Shown here: positions 1 through 9,773 of the stretch, in pieces
Layout: every line of letters begins with the position of its first letter
Numbering within the stretch: position 1 is the first letter of the stretch
Translations under genes and position numbers: made by a program
Origin: an uncultured Armatimonadia bacterium
GTDB taxonomy: Bacteria; Armatimonadota; Zipacnadia; Zipacnadales; UBA11051
NCBI GenBank assembly: GCA_964390495.1
Contig: CAYMIN010000008.1
Location: 92,831 to 156,830, forward strand
Reading direction: 5' to 3'
DNA length: 64,000 nucleotides
The notes under the pieces: model-generated
Database searches by the model: none
Seen by the model: only the letters and a program-made list of their open reading frames with translations
What the model was told of the DNA's origin: nothing

Positions 1-1
1 C

Positions 2-985
2 AACTTCAGCACCGCGCGTGGGCCGGTTCGGGCCTGGCTGCTGATTGTGGACCCGACCGACCCCGACATCGTGATCCGTCCGGCCCTCGCCGCCACGACC
101 ATTCACCATCGCCGCACCGTCAAGAGCATCGCGCTGCGCGATGCAGCCTACGCGGCAGTCAATGGCGGCTTTTTCGCGCCCCGCGGCCAGCCGCTGGGGA
201 TGCTGATGATTGAGGGGGAATGGATATCCAACCCCCTTTACCAGCGCGCGGTGCTCGGCTTCACCAAGGCCGGCGAGGTCCAGATCCGCAATGTTGTTTT
301 CGACGGCTGGGTGGAGTTTGAGGGCTTGGGCAGGCTGCCGCTTGAGGGCATCAATCGCGGACACACCGATGAAGACGGCGTGGTGCTTTACACTCCGAGG
401 TGGGGCGACCATCTCTTAGGCAACCCGCGCAAGACCCGAGTGGTGGTCAGCGGTGGCGTCGTCCAGGCAATTCTCAGCCGGGGTGAGGCCGCCGCTATCC
501 CTCAGGCCGGCTTTGTGCTGTCAGGTCTGGACCGGCGGGCCGAATCCCTGCTGCAGGTGGAGTTGGGGCAGCAGGTAGCCTTGCTGCTGGACACCAAGCC
601 AAGCTGGCCCGGTCTGTGCCATGCCGTTGGCGGCGGGCCGCGACTGCTTGCTGGCGGAGAGATCGCCATCCCTTACTATGACGAGCGCTTCCGTGCCGAT
701 GTCAGGGCCAGCACCAGGCCGCGCACAGCGGCCGGGATTGATCAGCAGGGGCGGCTGATTCTGCTCGTGGTTGACAATGTCAACAAGGGCATGACCCTCG
801 GCGAGCTGGCCAGGGTCATGAGCAAGCTGGGCGTGGTCGAGGCGATGAACCTCGACGGCGGCGGCTCCAGTACTCTGGTCATTGCCGGAAAGCACGTGAA
901 CCAGCCCAGTGACGGAGTGCCGCGATCGGTCTCCAACGCCATAGTCATCATTGACCGCAACAAGACCGCTGCCACCGCAGGATAG
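2..985 (+). CDS. phosphodiester glycosidase (NAGPA/DUF2233-like) domain protein, 5'-truncated at the window edge
   Basis: The reading frame is open all the way to position 2 with no upstream stop, so GTG at 47 is only the first in-window start. The C-terminal part carries NAGPA-like motifs (NGGFF..., DGGGSS) and a DxD-containing core. Confidence 0.5.
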   Translation, partial: NFSTARGPVRAWLLIVDPTDPDIVIRPALAATTIHHRRTVKSIALRDAAYAAVNGGFFAPRGQPLGMLMIEGEWISNPLYQRAVLGFTKAGEVQIRNVVFDGWVEFEGLGRLPLEGINRGHTDEDGVVLYTPRWGDHLLGNPRKTRVVVSGGVVQAILSRGEAAAIPQAGFVLSGLDRRAESLLQVELGQQVALLLDTKPSWPGLCHAVGGGPRLLAGGEIAIPYYDERFRADVRASTRPRTAAGIDQQGRLILLVVDNVNKGMTLGELARVMSKLGVVEAMNLDGGGSSTLVIAGKHVNQPSDGVPRSVSNAIVIIDRNKTAATAG

Positions 986-1053
986 GGAATTCGGAAACTT
1001 AGGCTGGACGTTTAGCGCTTATTATTACACGCATTCCTCACCTAGCCGTTGTA

Positions 1054-1080
1054 GGGGCGTGATTTATCATTATCACGCCC
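1054..1080. other. perfect 9-bp inverted repeat (gggcgtgat / atcacgccc) around an AT-rich 8-nt loop, 70 bp downstream of the first CDS; possible terminator or operator
   Basis: Read directly from the sequence; not followed by a T-run. Confidence 0.35.
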
Positions 1081-1173
1081 TGAAGGCCGCTGTTAATTGG
1101 GTGCAATGAGACATGTCTCTACTAACTAGGAAGGAATCGCAGGCGGCGATGGTCTCCTATCAGGCCCGTACAA

Positions 1174-1246
1174 ACAACACATTCCTGGACGACAGGCATC
1201 CCTGCCTGTCGCGACTTCTGGCAACGGCATGGACAGGCAGGGCACC
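1174..1246. repeat. Family-F interspersed double-hairpin element, copy 1 (cctggacgacaggcatccctgcctgtcg ... ggacaggcagggcaccc)
   Basis: Near-identical core to the copies at about 40703, 44130 and 51341. Contains the hairpin gacagg-catccctg-cctgtc. Confidence 0.7.
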
Positions 1247-1439
1247 CGTGCGCAGCATGGGTCCCCTGTCCTCCGGGTTTTTTGGGGGGACGGGAGCCAA
1301 GAGGCGCCGGATTGCACCAAGTGCAGTCCCGGCGTCGGCCGTCGCCTCAGTTCGCCAAATGTAACTCCTTCCCAACAATTCAAGAAATGTCTAATTGCGC
1401 CCCTACACCCTGGCAGTCGCCAGCGACGTGGTGAAAAGC

Positions 1440-4229
1440 ATGACAAAGCGCATATTGGTCATCTCCTTGTTGGTGCTGTTACTCGGCCTCAGCGGCTGTG
1501 GCCGACGTGGCATGGTGCGTTACAACCGCCAGAGCGATTTCTACACCCTGGGCGGGTTGCAGAGCGATTACACCTGGATTACCGATGTGGCCGACGGCTG
1601 GCGCACGACTATAGACCTGGAGGCCTCGGAGCTGCCTTCCTATGCCGACCTGGCGGCCTATCCGCTGGGCAATGGGGAGATCTTCGCCATCAATGGTCTG
1701 ATGGTTCCGCTTGGCACCCTGAGCAACACTGTCGGTCCTGGCTACCAGAAGTCCGGCGGCTTCTATGGCGCGATCATTCCGGCGGTGAGGGTGGCCGGCG
1801 CAGACGAAAACCTCCCCCAGCAGATGGTCGAATGGGTGCGCCAGGCTGGTGTAGTGCATACGGTGCGACGCAATGGCCGCATGGGCCTGCATATCTACGA
1901 CTGGGTCGCGCCCCGGCATAATTACTGGCACAGGCTGCTTATCGCCCAAAACCTTGGACAGGAACCGTTGCAGAATGTCGAGCTGATCCTGGCCATCAAC
2001 AATCCGGTCGAGGCAGCCGCCGGCGGTCGGCTTATCTGCACCCGGGCCGGCTCGCGGCTGACTCTTAGTGTCCTCGGCCGGGCCTTCGCCAAAGCCAAAG
2101 GCTACGAGGTCAACCTGCCCGAGGGCATCGAGGGTCTGCAACTGCTGACCGGCGTTGACGGCCTGGCTCATCTGGTCTGTCCGATCGGCACTATTGACAA
2201 GGGCCAGAGCGCCGGCAAGCTCTTCTATCTGGTGCTGGAGAAAAATGACCAGGAGACCCGTCCTGAGCAGTCGGCCTCGGCCATCGCGGACCCCGGCCTC
2301 GAAAGTTTGGTGGAGGCTTACGAGTACAACAGCGCCTGGCACAAGCAGGGCCTGGTCATTGGCACACCGGACCGCCGCCTCAACGATTTCATCGAGATCC
2401 AGAAGCACATTATCAAAGTCCAGCAGGCGGCCACTGGCGGCTTCGCCCCGATGGACAAATACACTTACACGTGGATCCGGGACAGCGTCGGGCCGGTCCG
2501 CTTCTGCCTCCAGGCCGGTTACTATGATGAGGTCAAGAAGTACCTCCGATACCAGTACATGGGCAATGCCAAAGCCGGCGAAATCCGGCTCAACCTGCCG
2601 CTCGACCTCGGAGAACCCCGCGACCTCGAAGACCCCGACTGGTCGCGCTATCCCGTCGAACGCGCCGAGGTGCCCAGCTACATCGTCCTGCAGCACTACT
2701 GGTACTATCTCCACACCGCCGATGCGGAGCTGATTGACAGGCACTGGAATTACCTCAAGCGCTGCATCTTCGGCCAGCAGATCAGCGAGCGCGGCACCCT
2801 CCCTTTCCACGGGGATGAGACCTATCGCTTCCCCGGCTATGAAGCCTTCAGACAGGGTCGGGATGTGCATGATTATGTCCAGCTTGAGTGCCAGTCGGCT
2901 GACTCGGCCTTTGAATTCGTCGCCGCCGCCGAGGCCATGGCCCAAATGGCGCGCGACCTCGACCGCTCCGAGGAGGTGGACGAGTTCACAGACATCGCTC
3001 GCCGGATTCGCCGCGCCACGGAGAAGTACTACTGGATGGGCGACCGTGGCTATTACGCGCCGGCGATGTCTGACTTCACCCAAGAGCGCCACCGCTACCC
3101 CTTCGCCACTATCAACCTGCGGCCGATCTGGATCGGCTATGCGCAACCCGATGCCCAACAGCGCTCGAACGTAACTAATTCGCTGAAGTACTTGTGGAAA
3201 GAGGGCGGCGGCGTGCGGGTCACGCCCGATTTCGGCTACTACACCACCATGGTGCCCGGCTTTGTGCTGTATAACCTGACCGAGATCGGGCACCCGTTGG
3301 CCGAGCACTGGGTGCAGCAGGTACTGGATATTGCCGAGGCCTCGGGCGGCTATGCCGAGATGAACACTCCGGAGGACCGCCCGGCCGAGGACATCTGGGG
3401 CCAGCACCGTTGTCGTCCCTGGGAGGGTGGTATCAACGCTCACGCCGTGGTCCACGCGTTCTTGCGCCCCCAGGTTGATGCCGTCAACAACCGCATCAGC
3501 CTGGCACCGCGGATTGCCCAGGACTGGCGGGTATTTGCGGCGGCCAATATACCCGTCGGCGAGAACCGCCTGGACCTGCGCATCTACGGTTCTCTGGGCA
3601 AGCGCATCTACGAGGTGACGGCTCAGGAGAGCGAGGATCCGCCAACTCTCGACCTCTATCTGGCTGTGCCGGGCCGCCGCAGTGTTGCCGTGGAGGGCCC
3701 TTACCGCGACTACGGGGGTCGGATTGTCAGCCGCAGCTATGACCAAAACGAGACGACCATTCACCTGGCCGGCATCAAGATGCCCTCCGCAGAGCAGATA
3801 CCGCTGGAGGTCACTTACGAGCCTTACACTGCGCCCGGCCATGGCCTGGGGACCGAGACCTTCCACTATGGTCCGGCCCAGGTCAACCGCCGCGCCGATA
3901 CGCTGCTCTTGACCTGGAACCCGGCCACCTACGAGCATTACCATAACCAGCTAGGCGACCGGCTGATGGCTCTGGACACCAAGATCCCGTGGCCGCCGAG
4001 CTACTTGCGCGGGCTGTTGCTACCGGAGGTCGGACGGGCGGGATTTACGAGGGTGCTGCTGGATGTTGACACTTATTCGGGCGGCTTCCGGCGGCCGGAC
4101 TTCTGGACCTCCGGCCGCGGCGGTCAACTGCTCAAGGAGTTTCAGGCCGTGGGTGGTAAGGTGGAAAAGGCGGAGAAAACCGACGAATTGCCGCCCAGCT
4201 ACCGCAACCTGCCTCGCGAGCAGAGCTGA
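1440..4229 (+). CDS. secreted lipoprotein, glycoside hydrolase family 15-like (glucoamylase/glucodextranase-type (alpha/alpha)6 barrel)
   Basis: ATG at 1440 gives a lipoprotein signal peptide (MTKRILVISLLVLLLGLSGC, lipobox LSGC). The motif YTWIRDS matches the GH15 YxWxRD signature. The 944-aa ORF starts 15 codons upstream of this ATG. Confidence 0.6.
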   Translation: MTKRILVISLLVLLLGLSGCGRRGMVRYNRQSDFYTLGGLQSDYTWITDVADGWRTTIDLEASELPSYADLAAYPLGNGEIFAINGLMVPLGTLSNTVGPGYQKSGGFYGAIIPAVRVAGADENLPQQMVEWVRQAGVVHTVRRNGRMGLHIYDWVAPRHNYWHRLLIAQNLGQEPLQNVELILAINNPVEAAAGGRLICTRAGSRLTLSVLGRAFAKAKGYEVNLPEGIEGLQLLTGVDGLAHLVCPIGTIDKGQSAGKLFYLVLEKNDQETRPEQSASAIADPGLESLVEAYEYNSAWHKQGLVIGTPDRRLNDFIEIQKHIIKVQQAATGGFAPMDKYTYTWIRDSVGPVRFCLQAGYYDEVKKYLRYQYMGNAKAGEIRLNLPLDLGEPRDLEDPDWSRYPVERAEVPSYIVLQHYWYYLHTADAELIDRHWNYLKRCIFGQQISERGTLPFHGDETYRFPGYEAFRQGRDVHDYVQLECQSADSAFEFVAAAEAMAQMARDLDRSEEVDEFTDIARRIRRATEKYYWMGDRGYYAPAMSDFTQERHRYPFATINLRPIWIGYAQPDAQQRSNVTNSLKYLWKEGGGVRVTPDFGYYTTMVPGFVLYNLTEIGHPLAEHWVQQVLDIAEASGGYAEMNTPEDRPAEDIWGQHRCRPWEGGINAHAVVHAFLRPQVDAVNNRISLAPRIAQDWRVFAAANIPVGENRLDLRIYGSLGKRIYEVTAQESEDPPTLDLYLAVPGRRSVAVEGPYRDYGGRIVSRSYDQNETTIHLAGIKMPSAEQIPLEVTYEPYTAPGHGLGTETFHYGPAQVNRRADTLLLTWNPATYEHYHNQLGDRLMALDTKIPWPPSYLRGLLLPEVGRAGFTRVLLDVDTYSGGFRRPDFWTSGRGGQLLKEFQAVGGKVEKAEKTDELPPSYRNLPREQS

Positions 4230-4246
4230 ACGGTGGGTGGCCGCTG

Positions 4247-5038
4247 CTATCTCACATAGATCACGCGCGTGCCCACGATTTGGTCGTGCCAACCGCGGTA
4301 CTCGCTATTGATCGCCACCGATAGAAAGAACAGGCTGCAGGTGCAGTTCTGCAGCATCAGCTTCACGACAATGCGCCCCAGCGCCAGACCGTAGCCGATC
4401 GGCCTGCCGTCGGTGCGCACTATCTTCATCCCCAGCGCCATCTTACCCAGCGTCGCCCCATACGTCCCGTTCATCAGCGTGAAATAGGCGACCTCAATCA
4501 GGGCCACCGGCAACTGCGCCAGTTGGAGAGCGACGCCGAACTGATCTGACTCGAAATCCAGCTCAATACCGGTCACCAGGAAGACTACGGCTATCAGCAA
4601 CCCCGAGGGGATTGCTAGGACGCAGCCGTCAATAATCAGCGCCGCCACTCGCGGCCAGAAGCCGGCGTTGTTGAACTGCTGCATGGGCGCTACCGGCTGG
4701 TATGGGGGCTGGTCCCGCGGAGCCGGCGGCGCTGGTGGAGGTGGTGGCGGAGGCGGAGGTGTAACTGGCTGCCCCGCGGTCACTTTCTCTGACGCTGGCT
4801 GCTCAAGCGGCGCCGGCTCGTCCAGTACGGAAGACAGGGGCACTGTCGGGCCGGTTGCCTGATATTCCGCCTCCGTCGGCTCCGGCACTTCAGGCGTCGG
4901 CGCCTCGGCGGTGGCCTCTCGCTGCGGCTTCGGCAGCACAGCCACACAGTGCGGGCAGACGATTGCGTCGCGGCTCACGATCCTCCCGCACTGTGGGCAT
5001 CGTCTCTCGGCTTCCGGCCCTTGTTGGTCCATCCGCAT
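4247..5038 (-). CDS. RDD-family membrane protein with N-terminal zinc-ribbon and a poly-proline linker
   Basis: CPQCG...CPHC zinc ribbon, a PPPPPPPPPAPPAP tract, and a C-terminal RDD-like TM domain (GATLGKMALGMKIV..). Confidence 0.6.
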   Translation of the reverse strand: MRMDQQGPEAERRCPQCGRIVSRDAIVCPHCVAVLPKPQREATAEAPTPEVPEPTEAEYQATGPTVPLSSVLDEPAPLEQPASEKVTAGQPVTPPPPPPPPPAPPAPRDQPPYQPVAPMQQFNNAGFWPRVAALIIDGCVLAIPSGLLIAVVFLVTGIELDFESDQFGVALQLAQLPVALIEVAYFTLMNGTYGATLGKMALGMKIVRTDGRPIGYGLALGRIVVKLMLQNCTCSLFFLSVAINSEYRGWHDQIVGTRVIYVR

Positions 5039-5067
5039 TCCCCCGACCTGGCCCGGCGGCAGCTAGT

Positions 5068-7158
5068 CTATTTGAGCAGTTCGAGACATTCCGTCGCGAT
5101 GTGTTCTGCGGTCAGGCCGAATGATTTCACCAGCTCCCACGGCTCTCCCGAATCGCCGAACTTGTCTTGCACGCCAACCATTGCCAGCGTGATCGGCCTG
5201 CCGATATCGGCCCGGGCGATGGCACTGGCGACTAAATTGCCGAAGCCCCCCACCTGGTGCTCCTCGGCGGTCACGACGGCCTTAGTCTCCACGGCGGCCT
5301 TGACGATGCTGGCCTCATCCAGTGGCTTGACGGTGTGCACGTCCAGCACGCGGGCTTCGATGCCCTGCTCCATTTTCAGGATATACGCTGCCCGCATCGC
5401 CTCCGGAACCATCGGCCCGCAGGCGATGATGGCGATGTCCTCGTTCTCGGAGCTATACTCCGGAGCTAGCTTCTGCTCGAAAGCGTCAATGAAGCGGGGC
5501 GCTTCTGCCCGGAAGCGGATCACGTTGGCGACCCCGAACTGATAGGGCGTGTCCGGCGTGGTGACCACCGGTGTTGCCTCGCGCGCGTAGCGCACCACCG
5601 CCGGGCTCGGAAGTGCGGCCATGGCTCGGGTCGCCTTATCGGTCTCGACCGAATCCGCCGGCACGCTCATGATGAAGTTCGGCAGGATCGTTATCAGCGA
5701 TATCTCCTCCAACGACTGGTGAGTAGCGCCGTCGGGGCCGACCGATACTCCACCGTGCGCATCGGCGATTTTTACGGGATAGTCGTTATAGGCCACGGTG
5801 GTGCGCAGTTGCTCCCAGTTGCGACCGGTGGAGAAGACGCCGTAGGAGCCGGCGAAAGGAATCCGACCCTCCTTGGCCAAACCGCTGCCGACTAGTGCCA
5901 TATTGGCCTCGGCGATTCCGCAACTGAAAAACCGCCGCTTGCGCGCCGGGTCCTCGTTCTTGCCATCTGGCTTGTAGAAGTAATCCATGCGTATAGAGGA
6001 GGTGATATCCGCACCCAGGGCGCACACATTCTCGTCAGCACCCAGCACCGCGATCGCCTGGCCGAAGCCGTTGCGGGTGGCATCCATCTGCGCCTGCATA
6101 TTCTCACCGCTGTTCCACCAGTAGTCGCGGGAGAACTTCGGCACCATCGCATCCACGCGCTTGTCAACCTCGGCCTGGTAGCGCTCGGCGATGCCCAGAA
6201 TCTCGCCCACCCGCTCGCGCGGGAACACCTCTGCCAGACCCAGGTTCTCGATTAATCCGTCCAGCGATTCCGGCCCGCTACGCCCGTCCTTGGGGGGAAT
6301 GCCGTGATAGCCGGTAACGTTCTCCGCATACGGCGCGCCCTTGCCCTTGACAGTCGCGGCGATAATCACAGCCGGTTTGCTCTCAACAGCATCGGCCTTC
6401 TGTAGGGCGTTCAGAATCTCGGCCATATCGTGGCCGTCACACGTGATGACTTCCCAGCCGAAGGCCGCGTACTTATCGGTCAGCGCGTGGGTGTCCATGA
6501 CCTCCTCGGTACGCCCGTCAATCTGCAGTCCGTTCAGGTCAACGATCGCGACCAGATTGTCGAGCTCATGGTGAGCGGCGAACATGGCCGCCTCCCAAAT
6601 CGAGCCCTCATCATGCTCGCCGTCGCCCAGGATGGCATAGACTTTGTAGTCCTGGCCGCCGGCCTTCGCGCTCAGAGCCGAGCCACACGCCACACCGAAG
6701 CCCTGGCCCAGGGAGCCGGAAGACAGCTCCAGTCCCGGCAGCTTCAGCCGATTCGGATGCCCCTCAAAGCCCGAGCCCAGCTTCCGCAGAAGCACTGTTT
6801 GCGCGATCCCCTTGACCTCCTTGAGGCCCTCCAGCACCTCATCGTGGAAGGTTATGTCGCGGTCGTCGAAGTAGCCGGCCATACCTAGGGCGACATACAG
6901 CGCCGGCGCCTTATGGCCGACCGACCACACTACCCGGTCGCGCTCCTCCCATTCCGGATTCTGCGGGTCGTGCTTGATATGTTTGAGGTATAAGGCGGCG
7001 GCAATATCCATGATTGACAGGGTCCCGCCCAGATGTCCTGAGCCGGCGGCCACCAGCGATATGGTGTTCCACACCCGCATCTCATCGGCCAGACGAGCCA
7101 GTTCTTCCACCGTGTAATCCTGTCTTGCGTCTCCAGTCCTAGAGTCAACGATCGGCAT
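5068..7158 (-). CDS. tkt: transketolase, fused form of the split TktN+TktC type
   Basis: The N-terminal half matches the TPP-binding TktN subunit (SGHLGGTLSIMD, GDGE..EG). The C-terminal half matches TktC (GIAEANM, THAGVS-like HGGVSVGPDGATHQ). The start is chosen at an internal ATG preceded by GGAGGA; the ORF opens at GTG 7224. Confidence 0.8.
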   Translation of the reverse strand: MPIVDSRTGDARQDYTVEELARLADEMRVWNTISLVAAGSGHLGGTLSIMDIAAALYLKHIKHDPQNPEWEERDRVVWSVGHKAPALYVALGMAGYFDDRDITFHDEVLEGLKEVKGIAQTVLLRKLGSGFEGHPNRLKLPGLELSSGSLGQGFGVACGSALSAKAGGQDYKVYAILGDGEHDEGSIWEAAMFAAHHELDNLVAIVDLNGLQIDGRTEEVMDTHALTDKYAAFGWEVITCDGHDMAEILNALQKADAVESKPAVIIAATVKGKGAPYAENVTGYHGIPPKDGRSGPESLDGLIENLGLAEVFPRERVGEILGIAERYQAEVDKRVDAMVPKFSRDYWWNSGENMQAQMDATRNGFGQAIAVLGADENVCALGADITSSIRMDYFYKPDGKNEDPARKRRFFSCGIAEANMALVGSGLAKEGRIPFAGSYGVFSTGRNWEQLRTTVAYNDYPVKIADAHGGVSVGPDGATHQSLEEISLITILPNFIMSVPADSVETDKATRAMAALPSPAVVRYAREATPVVTTPDTPYQFGVANVIRFRAEAPRFIDAFEQKLAPEYSSENEDIAIIACGPMVPEAMRAAYILKMEQGIEARVLDVHTVKPLDEASIVKAAVETKAVVTAEEHQVGGFGNLVASAIARADIGRPITLAMVGVQDKFGDSGEPWELVKSFGLTAEHIATECLELLK

Positions 7159-7409
7159 CGGGATTCCTCCAATTTCCATTCTTGCGTGGCTGTGAGAGCC
7201 TCCGGCCTCACTTTGCGGCGACACTACGGCCCGCTACGTGTCCTCCGGAGCCCGCAGGCGATGCATTTCAGCCACGGGATTATAATGCGCCATAGACAAG
7301 CCTTCTACTATTCCCCGCCCTGGCTCGCGAATCCTTTTTGTTAGCCAAAAATGTCCGGTTTGGGGTATTATAGTCATGTCGGCCGCCGCCAAAGGAGAAT
7401 CCAATCGGC

Positions 7410-8189
7410 TTGATTACCGCAGGAGTTGACGTAGGCGCGCTCACCACGAAGGCCGTGATTCTTGACTGGGACACAGGCCGGCCGCTGGGGCATTACCTGA
7501 TGCCGACCGGACCAGCTCCTCAGCAGGCCGGCAGCGCTGCTCTGGCTGGGGCCTTGGCAGATGCCGGCTTGCCGGCACAGGCGATTCAGGCCTCGGTCGG
7601 CACCGGCTATGGTCGAGTGGCGCTGCAGGCAGTGGACTGGTGCATTACTGAAATATCCTGTCACGCCCGCGGTGTCTGGCACCTGCTTCCTGACGCCCAT
7701 ACCGTCATTGATCTCGGCGGTCAGGACGCGAAGGTTATCTGCCTCGATGAAGCAGGCTGGCCGCTCGATTTTGAGATGAACGACCGTTGCGCAGCCGGCA
7801 CCGGCCGCTTTCTCGAGGTCATGGCTGCCGCCCTGGGTGTTCAGCTTCAGCAACTCGGCGAGCTGGCTGCCGCTGCCGACAGCCCGGCCCCGCTGAGCAG
7901 CACCTGCACGGTCTTTGCGGAGTCGGAAGTCATCGGCCTGTTGGCGGAGAACTGGCGTGTGCCTGACATCGCCGCCGGGCTTTGTCAGGCCATTGCGGAG
8001 CGTATCTTGCAGATGACCAACCGCTTGCAGGTGCGCCCCCAGGTGGTGATGTGCGGCGGTGTCGCCCTCAACGCCGGTGTCCATCGCGCCCTGCAGCGGG
8101 CACTCGGCATGGAGATAGCCGTCCCGCCGCAGCCCCAACTGGTCGGCGCCTTGGGTGCGGCGATCCTGGCCGGGGAAAGGGCCAGCTAG
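7410..8189 (+). CDS. BadF/BadG/BcrA/BcrD-type ATPase (HgdC-like CoA-substrate-specific enzyme activase), orphan
   Basis: ASKHA-fold motifs GVDVGALTTKAV, DLGGQDAKVI and DRCAAGTGRFLE. TTG start with an upstream AAGGAG. Confidence 0.65.
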   Translation: MITAGVDVGALTTKAVILDWDTGRPLGHYLMPTGPAPQQAGSAALAGALADAGLPAQAIQASVGTGYGRVALQAVDWCITEISCHARGVWHLLPDAHTVIDLGGQDAKVICLDEAGWPLDFEMNDRCAAGTGRFLEVMAAALGVQLQQLGELAAAADSPAPLSSTCTVFAESEVIGLLAENWRVPDIAAGLCQAIAERILQMTNRLQVRPQVVMCGGVALNAGVHRALQRALGMEIAVPPQPQLVGALGAAILAGERAS

Positions 8190-8972
8190 ATGATTCCCAA
8201 GCTCCGGGCTATCAGCTTCCTAGCTTTGGTGGCGGTGGCTCTGCTGCCGGCGGCCGGCCTTGCGGAGCAGATCAGCCAGGCTAGTGCCCAACTGGTGCGC
8301 AACGCGGAGCAGGACCTCTCAGCCCAGCGCGCCGAGGCGGCGATAGAGAAGTTGCAGCAGGCCGCCGACATGGCCCCGGACTGGTACGTGCCGCCCGCGC
8401 GTCTGGCCGTGGCGTATCACGTTTGCGGGATGGAGACGGCGGCGCTGCAGCAGTATCTGTGTGTCCAGAGGCTGTCATTTGAGCGCTACGATCCCGACAG
8501 CGGATGCAGCGAACAGGTGCGGCAGTTGCTAGCCGAGGCCGAGGCTTACATGAGTCTGTTGGTGAATCAGACGCGGCGGGAGGCTGGTCGCAGGCTCTTG
8601 TACACTCACCCGCAGATGGCGATTGTGGGACGCCACCACGCCCTGGAGATGCGGGATGAGGGCTACTTTTCGCACGATTCGCCGACCCCTGCGCGGCGCA
8701 CGGTAGTGGAGCGGTTCCAGTTGATATTTGGCTTTCGTCCGAGGGTGTTGGGAGAGAACTTAGCACGGCGTTGGCGGCGGGGTCCGGGCTATTCGCTGAG
8801 CTTGGCGAAGATTCATGACAGCTACGAGGACCTGCTCAAGAGTCACGGCCATCGCAAGACGATCATGATGCCAGAGTTGACGCATTTCGGGGTAGGGATT
8901 GCGGTTGATCAGCGGGGCAATTATTGGGTATCACAAGTCTTCGCCGACATGACCGGCCATCCCGAGTATTGA
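8190..8972 (+). CDS. secreted CAP (SCP/PR-1-like) domain protein
   Basis: Signal peptide (ISFLALVAVALLPAAGLA). C-terminal CAP-domain motifs (GHHALEM.., YFSHDSP, GENL, HFGVGIAVD..YWVSQVFA). Its start abuts the stop of the activase gene. Confidence 0.6.
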   Translation: MIPKLRAISFLALVAVALLPAAGLAEQISQASAQLVRNAEQDLSAQRAEAAIEKLQQAADMAPDWYVPPARLAVAYHVCGMETAALQQYLCVQRLSFERYDPDSGCSEQVRQLLAEAEAYMSLLVNQTRREAGRRLLYTHPQMAIVGRHHALEMRDEGYFSHDSPTPARRTVVERFQLIFGFRPRVLGENLARRWRRGPGYSLSLAKIHDSYEDLLKSHGHRKTIMMPELTHFGVGIAVDQRGNYWVSQVFADMTGHPEY

Positions 8973-9018
8973 GCCCAAGCATCTGGGGCACCACGCAGTC
9001 CGGCGTCGAAGGCCGCTG

Positions 9019-9146
9019 TCGTTGCCGTAGCCTTCAGGAGGGGCCGCAGGCGAGGCGGAAGCGCTAGCTTCCGCCGAGAATCCGGCCCAGTCGTTGTCGT
9101 TGCCCCTCTCCCTGTGGGAGAGGGGAGGGGTGATAGCAGCCTTGCC
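9019..9146. repeat. composite interspersed repeat, modules X-B-A (ccgttgcc..ggaggggccgca | ggcggaagc.tagcttccgccgagaatccggcccag | cgttgtcgttgCCCCTCTCCCtgtgGGAGAGGGG..gccttgcc)
   Basis: Homologous at roughly 85-90% to the element at 18279-18406. Each module contains a short palindrome. Confidence 0.75.
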
Positions 9147-9190
9147 CAGCCCAAACCTGCCCAACCGATTACCATGCTGGAGGCAACCAC

Positions 9191-9769
9191 ATGCAGGATC
9201 AAATCAGCGACATCCTGGAGCATAGTAGCCAGGTGCTGGCGAAATGTTCGGAGAAGCTTCCCGCCCAGCTAGCGGCGGCGGCGCGGATCGTGACGGCCTC
9301 TTTGCGCTGTGGCGGGACGATTGCTTTTTGCGGCAACGGTGGCAGTGCCGCCCAGGCCCAGCACTTCGCCGCCGAGCTGGTGGGCAGGTTCCTCCTCGAC
9401 CGCCCCGCCTACCGGGCCATCGCCCTGACCACCGACACCTCCATCTTGACCGCGGTTGGCAATGACTACGGCTTCGCGGAGGTTTTCGCCCGCCAGGTCG
9501 AGGGACTGCTGAAGCAGAACGACGTGCTGGTGGCGCTCTCGACCAGCGGCAATTCGGAGAACTGCCTGCGCGCGGTGGCGAGGGCCAGGCAACTCAAGGT
9601 CAAGACGATTGGCCTTGCCGGCGGCGATGGCGGCAAGCTCAAGGACCTTACCGACCACTGCATAACCGTGCCCAGCTATGACACTCCGCAGATTCAGGAG
9701 GCCCACTTGGCCCTCGGCCATGCACTCTGCCAGGTCGTGGAGCAAGCGCTGATGCAGGGGGACGACTGA
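9191..9769 (+). CDS. gmhA: D-sedoheptulose-7-phosphate isomerase (SIS domain)
   Basis: SIS-domain motifs (GNGGSAA.A.HFA.EL, STSGNS). GGAGG RBS 9 nt upstream of the ATG. Confidence 0.75.
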   Translation: MQDQISDILEHSSQVLAKCSEKLPAQLAAAARIVTASLRCGGTIAFCGNGGSAAQAQHFAAELVGRFLLDRPAYRAIALTTDTSILTAVGNDYGFAEVFARQVEGLLKQNDVLVALSTSGNSENCLRAVARARQLKVKTIGLAGGDGGKLKDLTDHCITVPSYDTPQIQEAHLALGHALCQVVEQALMQGDD

Positions 9770-9773
9770 GCCG

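Noticed and set aside
1479-3944. 821-aa ORF on the minus strand, antisense to the GH15 lipoprotein gene
   Set aside because: It has a Gly/Ala/Arg/Val-rich low-complexity translation typical of antisense frames in high-GC DNA, with no motifs. The plus-strand frame has a lipoprotein signal and the GH15 YxWxRD motif.
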